This document shows positions 18,591 to 26,812 of a stretch of DNA of 64,000 nt, one piece after another. The translations under genes were made by a program, and so were the position numbers. Below the pieces are notes generated by a model. The model saw only the letters and a list, made by a program, of their open reading frames with translations, made no database searches and was not told where the DNA came from. The first letter of the stretch is position 1; the number at the start of each line of letters is the position of its first letter. The stretch spans positions 36,198 through 100,197 of the forward strand of contig NZ_JAKFUM010000006.1 of NCBI RefSeq assembly GCF_021732705.1, written 5' to 3'. The DNA comes from Nevskia sp. GTDB lineage: Bacteria; Pseudomonadota; Gammaproteobacteria; Nevskiales; Nevskiaceae.

Positions 18591-20747
18591 TTACGGGTTG
18601 GTCGGGCCGAAGCCGTTGTCGCCAGCTTCGCCGTGCAGCGGGTTGAAGCCGATGTACGGGAACGTGTTGCGGAGGTGCTGCTGTTCGCTGTTCTGCGTCG
18701 CGACGTTGGCAACATCGCCAGCCGGCTCGATCCAGTCGGTGCCCTGCAGCACCAGGAACACGCGGCTGTCTTCGCACGGGGTCAGCACGTTCAGGCTCAG
18801 ACGGCCGAGCAGGCCATCCGACTCACCCGGACGCAGCAGACCAGCGACGCCACCGTTGATGAGGTTGCCGATCAGGCCGCCGTTCAGGATGCCACCGGCG
18901 ACGTTCAGCTCTTCGCAGTTCACAGCGCGGCGAGCAAAGCCGTTCGGGAACGCAGCGCTCGGCGGCGTCCAGCGCGGACCGGAACCCGGAACCACGTTGG
19001 CGATGCCCGGCAGAACCAGCGTGTCCGGGAACTTCACGTCAGCCGTTTCACGCGTGATGCGAATCACGATGTCGGTGACGTCGTCCGCCGGACGGCGGCC
19101 GTTCTGGAGACCCCACTGGTGCAGAGCCAGCGTCGGCGAGTTGTTGTTCGCCGCGGCGGCGCCCGGACGGGCAGCGCCCGGAGCCGAGTCGAACGTCGTG
19201 TTGAGGTTGATGCGCAGGTAGTCCGGCAGCGCCAGCTGAGCCTGGAGGCGACGGTTCTGGTTCTGGCTGAGGCTTGCGAACTGGCCCTGGTACAGCGGCA
19301 CGCCGTTGATGCCGAAGCTGTTGAAGCCCAGGACGGTCAGGATCGCCTGACGGGCCTGAACGGTGTTGCCACCGCCGATCAGCAGGTTCGACAGACCACC
19401 CAGCAGACCGCCGAGCAGACCACCACCGCTGTTGTTGGCGCCAGCCGGCGTCGGGGTCAGGAAGTCGAGGTACATACGATCCCACAGGCGGAAGTCATGT
19501 TCCGGACCCGTTGCGTTGTGCAGGTCCTTCAGCGTTGCGGTGCTGATCGGGTTGCTGCTGGCCGGGACGGTGACGCCGGTGCCTTCGAAGTCAGCCGGGA
19601 CGAGGTGCGGATACACGCCGTTCGGGTACTGCGCGCTGACCTGCAGCATCGGCTGCTGGAACACGAAGACCGTCGCGGTGATCTGCTGGCCCATGCGCTC
19701 GAACTGGTGCCACGGACCGGTGGCGGTCTGCTGGTAGCCATTGAACGCGGTGGAAGCCGGACGCGACACGGTGCCCCAGGTGCCAATCAGGTTGCCGTTG
19801 ATGGCGCCGCCGAGGCTCTGATCCGGGATGCCCGGGCCACGGAGGAGCGAACCCGGAATCGAAACGGCGAACAGCGAGCCGTTGAAGCCGCCGAAGGTGT
19901 CGATGCCCGAACGGCCGTTGAGCTGGACCGGACGGCCGCGCAGACCGCCGATGATGTCACCGGTGATGCCGCGGAACAGATCCTGCGTGTGGTTCGGCTG
20001 GTTGTCCGAGCCGGTGGTGAACGCCGCCGGAGCGGTCATGCCGGTACGCAGCGACTGCACCGTGCGCGAACGGGCGTTGGCGTTGAGGCCAATGCGGAGA
20101 ATGGCCTGCGTGGCGTCGGTGATGAACGAGTCATCGGCGATGCCGGCGTAGCACTTCACTGTGCCGTTGTCGAAGATGTAGTTGTCCTGCACGTCCGTGC
20201 CGAGACGAGCCGCATTCGGGCTCGAAGCCGAGCTGGTCGCAGCGCCGGTGAAGGCAGTCGGCTGGCCGTTCGTGGTGAACGGAGCGTTCAGCGGCTGGGC
20301 GCAGAGGTTGGTGACGCCCGGGGCGCCTTCGACCAGACGAGTGGTGATCGCCGAGCCGGTGGCCGGGCCGAGCAGCACGCGGTACGGCTGGTTGGGAGCG
20401 CGGTTCGACACGCCAGCGAATTCGACCTGCATCACGAGGTCGGCAGCCGGGCCGTTGGCCTGGTTGTTGTCGATCTGGATCTGGTACAGGAACGGAGCCG
20501 AGAAGCGATACGAGGTAGTCAGACCCGGCGTCGCGAACGGGTTGACCATGCCGGCCAGAATGATGTTGCCGGGACGATCCGGGTCCGGCCAGCCGAACGC
20601 GTCGGTGTAGTCGCCTTCGATTTCCGAGTCGACGGCGAAGGAGTCGCGGTGGTCGGCGCCCATGGCGGCCGGCGCGAAAGCGCCAACGGCCAGGAACGCT
20701 GCGCCAGCGGCGAGCATCCAGTTCTTGCTATTCATCTTGAGTGTCAT
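18591..20747 (-). CDS. Secreted DUF4331-family protein (718 aa)
   Basis: Signal peptide, then ADHRDS...GDYTDAF; DDSFITD, DTFGGFNG, QFERMGQ, QNGRRPADDVTD and C-terminal FPYI motifs as recalled for DUF4331. GGAG upstream of the ATG. Confidence 0.78.
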   Translation of the reverse strand: MTLKMNSKNWMLAAGAAFLAVGAFAPAAMGADHRDSFAVDSEIEGDYTDAFGWPDPDRPGNIILAGMVNPFATPGLTTSYRFSAPFLYQIQIDNNQANGPAADLVMQVEFAGVSNRAPNQPYRVLLGPATGSAITTRLVEGAPGVTNLCAQPLNAPFTTNGQPTAFTGAATSSASSPNAARLGTDVQDNYIFDNGTVKCYAGIADDSFITDATQAILRIGLNANARSRTVQSLRTGMTAPAAFTTGSDNQPNHTQDLFRGITGDIIGGLRGRPVQLNGRSGIDTFGGFNGSLFAVSIPGSLLRGPGIPDQSLGGAINGNLIGTWGTVSRPASTAFNGYQQTATGPWHQFERMGQQITATVFVFQQPMLQVSAQYPNGVYPHLVPADFEGTGVTVPASSNPISTATLKDLHNATGPEHDFRLWDRMYLDFLTPTPAGANNSGGGLLGGLLGGLSNLLIGGGNTVQARQAILTVLGFNSFGINGVPLYQGQFASLSQNQNRRLQAQLALPDYLRINLNTTFDSAPGAARPGAAAANNNSPTLALHQWGLQNGRRPADDVTDIVIRITRETADVKFPDTLVLPGIANVVPGSGPRWTPPSAAFPNGFARRAVNCEELNVAGGILNGGLIGNLINGGVAGLLRPGESDGLLGRLSLNVLTPCEDSRVFLVLQGTDWIEPAGDVANVATQNSEQQHLRNTFPYIGFNPLHGEAGDNGFGPTNP

Positions 20748-20935
20748 GTGTGACTCCGATTGATTTCTGTTCTTCGCCGAGATCCGGCGAAGTCCAACCC
20801 CCATGCCCTGTCCCTGTGCTGACCTCAAATCATCCCCACATCCCGAGGACCGCACCGGCCAAGCTGGGTCACCGCTTTTCCAATCCTTGATTACTGCGTT
20901 GCACCACGAGCGGCAGTCTTTCACCGCTGGACGGC

Positions 20936-20978
20936 AATGTAATTAACGTCCGTCAGGGCAGGAATTGATCAGAATCAA
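20936..20978 (-). promoter_or_regulatory. FNR-type box (TTGAT-N4-ATCAA) with a -10 element at class II spacing, directed toward the DUF4331 gene
   Basis: TTGATCAGAATCAA at 20965-20978 is a perfect FNR consensus. Minus-strand TACATT at 20941-20936 places the box centre at about -42. Confidence 0.7.
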
Positions 20979-21763
20979 GAGTAGTTTGAAAATACCCGCT
21001 CGATTTGTTGCGGGTTTTCAGGCACTTAACTTGCAGGAGTGACGCCGATCAAGCTGGAATACGGCGTCGATCGGTGCGCTGGATCACGGTCGCCAGATTG
21101 TGGATTTGTGACGATTTGCTCGTTTTTGCGGTGCAGCACGAACAAATCAATTCGGACACGGTTTCATGTCGCCCTTTGCAGGGCGCGCCAACGGCCACGC
21201 GGGCTGGTATCGTTTGCATGTTGGTGATGCAGATTTCCAGTCGACTGAGGGTCTGCCAGCGGACAACGATGCACATGCCGAGCGCGCCGTCAGAGCCCGC
21301 CGCAATCCCGGACGGTAATCCTTCTTCCTCCCCCACCGTTTCCCGAGCCGTCGCGTCCCCCTCAGTCGGGGTCGTGGCCAAGTGCTTGTTTTAGGACGGC
21401 TTTCGGAAAGAATCGTGACTGGGTGAACATTGTTCCGCGAACAAGCGCGAAACCAGACTTGAAGTTTGGTGAACAATGCTATTCAAATGTCGGAATGTGG
21501 CGCGGGCTTTGCTGAGTGTTTCGGGCCTGCAGCCGACAGTGAGTTCAGGGAGGCAGCCTGGGAAGCGAAGATGCAGTTTTTCGGGCACCCGCCCGGGAAG
21601 CGGCAGAAGGCCTCCCAATTTTGAAGAATGCAGAACGTGCGGGTGTCTGCTGGCTGCAACGTGCAGTTGGCAGACTTGACGCATGCATCGGGTGGATCAG
21701 TACGCAGGGTCGTCTGGAGTGGCGGCCGTTCGATGCATTTACGGGGAAAGGGGACGTACCAGA

Positions 21764-22441
21764 ATGAGCAAAGTGGAAGAGGTGCACGCCACCCGCGTGT
21801 CGACCAGTCCGTGTTTCGGGCTGTTTGATTCGACGCCGGCGCTGGCTTACGCGGAAGGCACGATCCTGTTCAAGCAGGGTGCCAACGCACGGGATGTCTA
21901 TCTGCTGGAACAGGGCCTCGTGAAGGTGATCTTCCTCGACCCTGGCGGCGAAGAAGTGATCACCCACCTGTGCAGCGCGCCCGGCACGCTGATTGGCGAT
22001 TCCTGCGCCGTGCTGGGCAAGCATTTCGTCTCGGCGGCCGTGGTGACCCGCAACACGCGGATGCGACGCGTGGCGTCGGCGAGCTTCGTCGAACTGATCC
22101 GCACCAATGCCGAGATGTCGTGGCAGCTGCACAAGGCGCATTGCGCGCAGCACTCGGAACTGCTGGACCGCTCGGCCCAGCTCGGTTACCTGTCGGTCCG
22201 CCAGCGCGTCGAACAGCTGATCTGGAATCTGGCCGGCGCCTGCGAACTGGTGCCGACCAGCAAGGGCTTCCGGATGCAGCTGCCGCTGAAGTATCGCGAG
22301 CTGGCGCAGCTGATCACGGTGTCGCCGGAGCATCTGTGCCGCGTGCTCGGCACGATCGAGAAGGAAGGCCTGATCCGTCGCGAGAAGGGCTGGCTGTACC
22401 TGATCGAGCGCGACAAGCGCTACCACCGCCGCGGCGACTGA
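21764..22441 (+). CDS. Crp/Fnr-family transcriptional regulator
   Basis: cNMP-binding beta-barrel (LFKQG, YLLEQGLVKV, LIGD) and C-terminal HTH (ELAQLITVSPEHLCRVL). Start at MSKVEE with GGGGA upstream. Confidence 0.88.
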   Translation: MSKVEEVHATRVSTSPCFGLFDSTPALAYAEGTILFKQGANARDVYLLEQGLVKVIFLDPGGEEVITHLCSAPGTLIGDSCAVLGKHFVSAAVVTRNTRMRRVASASFVELIRTNAEMSWQLHKAHCAQHSELLDRSAQLGYLSVRQRVEQLIWNLAGACELVPTSKGFRMQLPLKYRELAQLITVSPEHLCRVLGTIEKEGLIRREKGWLYLIERDKRYHRRGD

Positions 22442-22469
22442 TCGCCCGATGGCGGTCGCGAACCCGCTG

Positions 22470-22487
22470 CCGATCAGAGTCGATCGG
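22470..22487. terminator. Short hairpin between the convergent Crp/Fnr and selO genes
   Basis: CCGATC-AGAGTC-GATCGG; no clear U-tract. Confidence 0.35.
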
Positions 22488-22529
22488 TGGCGGGGAGCCG
22501 GCGCGACGGCTGTCGAACCGGCATCCGCG

Positions 22530-24005
22530 TCAAGACGAACAGCTGACCTCGATCTGCCGCGCTTCGGGCGGCGGCTCCGCCGCGTAGGCCTCGTGTTCGG
22601 GCTGCTCGTCGAACGGCCGCGACAGCAGCGTGAACAGATGCTCGACCTCGCGGGCATCGCCGGCCTCGGCGCGTTCGATGGCGCGCTGCGCGAGGTGATT
22701 GCGCAGCACGTATTTCGGATTGACCGCGTTCATCCGCGCGGCGCGTTCGCCATCGACACTGCCTTCGGCGCGCAGGCGGGCCTGATAGTCCGGCAGCCAG
22801 GCATCGAATGCGGCGATGTCGGCAATCTCGTCACGCACGAGATCGGCCGACGAACCTTCCGCCGATGACACCGCGGACAGATGCCGCCAGCTGCGCGTGA
22901 AATCGGCGCGACTGCCCTGCAGCAGGCTCAGCCAGCGGTTGATCAGGCCCTCGTCGCCATCCTGCGCGGTCTGCAGCCCGAGCTTGCCGCGCCACGCCGC
23001 AATCATCGCCTCGCCGTAGGCGCGGGCATAGCCATCGGCAATCGGCTGGGCGATTTCGACGGCGGCCTTCGGCTCGCTGGCGAGCAACGGCAGGCAGGCC
23101 TGCAACATTTTGGTGCAGTTCCATTGGCCGATGACCGGCTGCCGATCCCAGGCATAGCGACCGCCTTCGTCGGAATGGTTGCAGATGTGATGGCTGTCGA
23201 AGGCGTCGAGGAAGCCGAACGGGCCGTAGTCGATGGTCAGGCCCAGTGCGGAGAAGTTGTCGGTGTTCATCACGCCATGGCAGAAGCCAACGGCCTGCCA
23301 TTGCGCCATCAGCCGCGCGGTACGGCTGACGACCTCGGTCAGCCATGCCGCGTAGCGATCCGGCCTGTCGGCGAATTCCGGGAAATGCCGTTCGATGACG
23401 TGATCGGCCAGCGGCTGCAGCCGTTCTGGCTCGCCGCGGTAGTACCAGAACTCGAAATGTCCGAAGCGGACAAAACTGGGCGCAACCCGACAGACCACGG
23501 CGGCGGTCTCGATGGTTTCGCGCCGCACCGGCTGCGGCGAGCCGATCAGCGCCAGCGCCCGCGTCGTCGGAATGCCGAGCGCGTGCATCGCTTCCGAACA
23601 CAGGTATTCGCGGATCGACGAGCGCAGCACGGCCCGGCCGTCGGCATGGCGCGAGTACGGCGTCGGGCCGGCACCTTTGAGCTGGATTTCATGGCCGCGG
23701 CCGGCGCGGTCGTCGATTTCCGCAATCAGCAGCGCCCGGCCATCGCCGAGCTGCGGCACGAACTGGCCGAACTGATGCCCGGCGTAGACCGAAGCACGCG
23801 GCTCGAAGCCGGGCCACGGCGCGTTGCCGGCCAGGATCGAGGCGAATTCCGGCGTGGCACGGTCTTCCGGGCCGATGCCCAGTGATTCGGCGAGCGCGAC
23901 GTTCAGGTGCAGCAGCGTCGGCGTCGGCAGCGGCCGGGTCGGGTAGGCAGTGGAGTACGGATCGCCCAGCGCGGCGAAGCGGGGCGTGGTAACGGGCAGG
24001 GTCAT
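22530..24005 (-). CDS. selO: Protein adenylyltransferase SelO (YdiU)
   Basis: YAGHQFG, LGDGRA, QLKGAGPTPYSR, DGRAVLRSSIREYL, HGVMNTDN and C-terminal VSCSS. Confidence 0.95.
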   Translation of the reverse strand: MTLPVTTPRFAALGDPYSTAYPTRPLPTPTLLHLNVALAESLGIGPEDRATPEFASILAGNAPWPGFEPRASVYAGHQFGQFVPQLGDGRALLIAEIDDRAGRGHEIQLKGAGPTPYSRHADGRAVLRSSIREYLCSEAMHALGIPTTRALALIGSPQPVRRETIETAAVVCRVAPSFVRFGHFEFWYYRGEPERLQPLADHVIERHFPEFADRPDRYAAWLTEVVSRTARLMAQWQAVGFCHGVMNTDNFSALGLTIDYGPFGFLDAFDSHHICNHSDEGGRYAWDRQPVIGQWNCTKMLQACLPLLASEPKAAVEIAQPIADGYARAYGEAMIAAWRGKLGLQTAQDGDEGLINRWLSLLQGSRADFTRSWRHLSAVSSAEGSSADLVRDEIADIAAFDAWLPDYQARLRAEGSVDGERAARMNAVNPKYVLRNHLAQRAIERAEAGDAREVEHLFTLLSRPFDEQPEHEAYAAEPPPEARQIEVSCSS

Positions 24006-25273
24006 CGGGATTCGGGGTCGGCGGCATCGCTGCCGACGATCAGACGTGCGGCGCGGCTGTAGCTCAGGTAGTTGAAGAACCATTGTGTCGCGACCAGCAT
24101 GCGGTTGCGCGCGCCGATCAGGAAATAGACGTGGGCGATACCCCACAGCCACCACGCGACGAGCCCCTTCATCCGGACGAAGCCGAAGTCGATCACGGCC
24201 GAATGCCGGCCGATGGTCGCCAGATTGCCGAAATCGCGGTAACGGAACGCTTGGGCGGCCGGCTTGCCGGCCAGCGCGGCACGGATCGCCTTCGCCACGA
24301 AATGGCCCTGCTGCTTCGCGGCCGGCGCCACGCCGGGCACCGGCTTGCCGTCCTGCACGACAGCGGCGGTATCGCCGATCACGAAGATGTTCGGCTGGCC
24401 GGGCACGGTCAGATTCGGTGCCACCTGCACGCGGCCGGCACGATCGGCCGCCACGCCGAGCCAGCGCGCCGCCGGCGATGCGGCCACGCCGGCCGCCCAC
24501 AGCACGGTGGCGCAGTCCAGCGCGCTGCCGTCGCCGAAGCGCAGGCCGTCGGCATCGCAGCCGGTGACCTTGGTGTTCAGCATCACGTCGACCCCCTTCT
24601 TCTGCAGTTCCGCCAGCGCGAACGCCGACAGCTCGGGCGGGAACGACAGCAGCACGCGATCCGCGCCTTCCACCAGCACGACGCGGACTTCGCGGGTGTC
24701 GATCGCGCGAAAGTCGTGCGCCAGCACTTTCTTCGACAGCTCGGCGATCGCGCCGGCCAGCTCGACACCGGTGGGACCGGCACCGACGATGGCGAACGTC
24801 ATCAGCTTGCGGCGCGCGATCGGGTCGTCGGTGTTCTCGGCGTGTTCCAGCGCCAGCAGCAGGCGCCGACGGATCAGTGTGGCGTCGTCGACACGCTTGA
24901 GACCCGGTGCGTGACGCGCCCAGTGGTCATTGCCGAAGTAGGTGTGGGTCGCGCCGGTCGCCAGAATCAGCCAGTCGTACGGCAGGCTGCGGCCGTCATC
25001 GAGCCGGACTTCGCGCGCGTCGGTGTCGATGCCGACGACTTCGCCAAGCAGCACACGGGCGTTCTTCTGCCGGCTCAGGATGCCGCGCACCGGCCAGGCG
25101 ACATCCGACGGATTCAGGCCGGCGGTCGCAACCTGATACAGAAGTGGTTGAAAAAGATGGAAATTCCGGCGATCGACGACGGTCAGGTCGATCGCCAGGC
25201 CATCCAGCGCGCGAGCGGCGGTGAGGCCGCCAAAACCAGCGCCGACGATCACGATGCGAGGCAGGGAAGTCAT
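24002..25273 (-). CDS. ndh: Type II NADH:quinone oxidoreductase (NAD(P)/FAD-dependent)
   Basis: GAGFGG, FQPLLYQVAT, GAGPTGVELAG, LWAAGV, GD, PGVAPAAKQQG, LATIGR. Confidence 0.88.
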   Translation of the reverse strand: MTSLPRIVIVGAGFGGLTAARALDGLAIDLTVVDRRNFHLFQPLLYQVATAGLNPSDVAWPVRGILSRQKNARVLLGEVVGIDTDAREVRLDDGRSLPYDWLILATGATHTYFGNDHWARHAPGLKRVDDATLIRRRLLLALEHAENTDDPIARRKLMTFAIVGAGPTGVELAGAIAELSKKVLAHDFRAIDTREVRVVLVEGADRVLLSFPPELSAFALAELQKKGVDVMLNTKVTGCDADGLRFGDGSALDCATVLWAAGVAASPAARWLGVAADRAGRVQVAPNLTVPGQPNIFVIGDTAAVVQDGKPVPGVAPAAKQQGHFVAKAIRAALAGKPAAQAFRYRDFGNLATIGRHSAVIDFGFVRMKGLVAWWLWGIAHVYFLIGARNRMLVATQWFFNYLSYSRAARLIVGSDAADPESR

Positions 25274-25371
25274 GGTCAGTCTCTCGAAGAATCGATCGGG
25301 CGTGTCCGGTTCACGGCTGGCCTGAGCATCGCGCACAATCGGCGGCCCATCCCACTGACACTCCCACGCCC

Positions 25372-25668
25372 ATGGACCAGCAACTTCGGGACCGTCTCGA
25401 CGCCGCCGTGCTTCGCCGCCTGCTTGCCCATCTCGACGACCGCAAGGATGTCCAGAACATCGACCTGATGAACCTGGCTGGCTTCTGCCGCAATTGCCTG
25501 TCGAAGTGGTACGCGGCCGCCGCGAAGGACCTCGGCGAGCCGGTCAGCGACGATGCCGCGCGCGAACGCGTCTACGGGATGCCGTACGGCGAGTGGAAGC
25601 GGCTTTATCAGAAGGACGCGAGCCCGGCGCAGCAGGCGGCTTTCGAGGCCGCGAAGCCTGCGGGCTGA
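25372..25668 (+). CDS. DUF1244-family protein
   Basis: DVQNIDLMNLAGFCRNCLSKWY and ARERVYGMPY-EWK motifs. Confidence 0.88.
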   Translation: MDQQLRDRLDAAVLRRLLAHLDDRKDVQNIDLMNLAGFCRNCLSKWYAAAAKDLGEPVSDDAARERVYGMPYGEWKRLYQKDASPAQQAAFEAAKPAG

Positions 25669-25676
25669 CGCTGCAG

Positions 25677-25850
25677 AAAAAAACGCTCGCGGCGACCACG
25701 CCCCGGTGCGGAGGAGGTGGGCGGGACCGCCGCGAGCGTCGACCTGCGAAAGCGTCGAACGAGCGTCACGCTGCAGCCTGGGGACGTCCGGGTCGGGGGC
25801 GGAAACCGATTGCTCGGTGGCCCAGCGTCATCGCTCGGTTCCTTACAGTA
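25677..25850 (-). ncRNA. Candidate small RNA with a CCTCCTCC loop and an intrinsic terminator
   Basis: Perfect 12-bp stem (25683-25694 with 25728-25739) followed by T7 on the minus strand. The loop reads CCCACCTCCTCCGCACC. Possible -10 TACTGT at 25850-25845. Confidence 0.4.
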
Positions 25851-25990
25851 GACAAGCCCCGCCGCCGCTGCCATGGGCCGAGTTCCCGATCGCGACGGTT
25901 GCGGCGGCGTCAATGACACGCGGTTCGCAGTCGGTCCTGCAGCCGACGCGTTAGGCTTGTCGCCATCACGGGGATGATGCCGGGGGCAGG

Positions 25991-26785
25991 ATGAAGCACG
26001 GTCGATGGCTGCGCAGCACGGTGTGCCTGGCAGCGCTGGCAATGATGGGCAATGCGCGGGCCGATGCCGCGGCACAGAAAGTGCTGGACTGCATGCGCGC
26101 CAATGTGCCGATCAGCCTTCAGATCAAGGAGGTGGAACTCAAGTCCATCGACCGCGCCGGGGCCGAACGCGTGCTGACCGGCAAGGTCTACGCCAGCCGG
26201 ATCGATGGCCTGGTCCGCGTGCTGCTGCTGATCTCGCGACCGCGCGATCTCGATGGTGCGGCCTACCTGCTGCGCGAAGGCGCGACCGGCGCCAAGGACG
26301 ACATCTTCCTGTTCCTGCCGGCGATCCAGCGCGTGCGCCGCATCACCGGCGCTTCCGCCGACGGTTCGCTGCTCGGCACCGACTTCAGCTACAACGACAT
26401 GAAGCAGTTGCAGAACGCATTCGGCGATGCCGTGGCCACGCTCGACAAGCCGACGATGATCGAGCAGCGTCCGGTGCAGGTGCTGAACCTCGCACCGCTC
26501 GCCGGTGCGCCGGCGCGCTACAGCCGCGTGCGCGCTTACGTCGATGACAAGGCCTGTGTCGCGTTGAAAGTGGAGTTCCTCGAAGGCAATGCCGTTCGCA
26601 AGGAACTGACGGCGCCGGTGGCCGGCCTGCAGCGCTCGGAAGGCTACTGGTATCTGTCCGACATCCTGATGCGCGACCTGAAGGACAAGACCAGCACGCG
26701 GCTCAAGGTGGTCGGCGTCGCCAGCGGCGACAAGGACCTGCCGTCGCGCCTGTTCGATCCGACCAGCTTCTACCGCGCGCACTGA
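25991..26785 (+). CDS. Outer-membrane lipoprotein-sorting protein (LolA-like family)
   Basis: Signal peptide; FLFLPAIQRVRRITG and LLGTDFSYND motifs; adjacent to an MMPL gene. Confidence 0.82.
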   Translation: MKHGRWLRSTVCLAALAMMGNARADAAAQKVLDCMRANVPISLQIKEVELKSIDRAGAERVLTGKVYASRIDGLVRVLLLISRPRDLDGAAYLLREGATGAKDDIFLFLPAIQRVRRITGASADGSLLGTDFSYNDMKQLQNAFGDAVATLDKPTMIEQRPVQVLNLAPLAGAPARYSRVRAYVDDKACVALKVEFLEGNAVRKELTAPVAGLQRSEGYWYLSDILMRDLKDKTSTRLKVVGVASGDKDLPSRLFDPTSFYRAH

Positions 26786-26812
26786 CGTTCCCGATCCGCG
26801 CGTGATCCCGTC

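Noticed and set aside
21000-21760. Short ORFs and possible riboswitch in the DUF4331-Crp/Fnr intergenic region
   Set aside because: The ORFs have atypical codons and no motifs, and no c-di-GMP, cobalamin or other riboswitch consensus was recognized. Best treated as regulatory DNA.
22530-22547. Possible selenocysteine read-through at the selO TGA
   Set aside because: The C-terminal VSCSS matches the normal Cys-type bacterial end (the Cys occupies the Sec position), so TGA is the ordinary stop.
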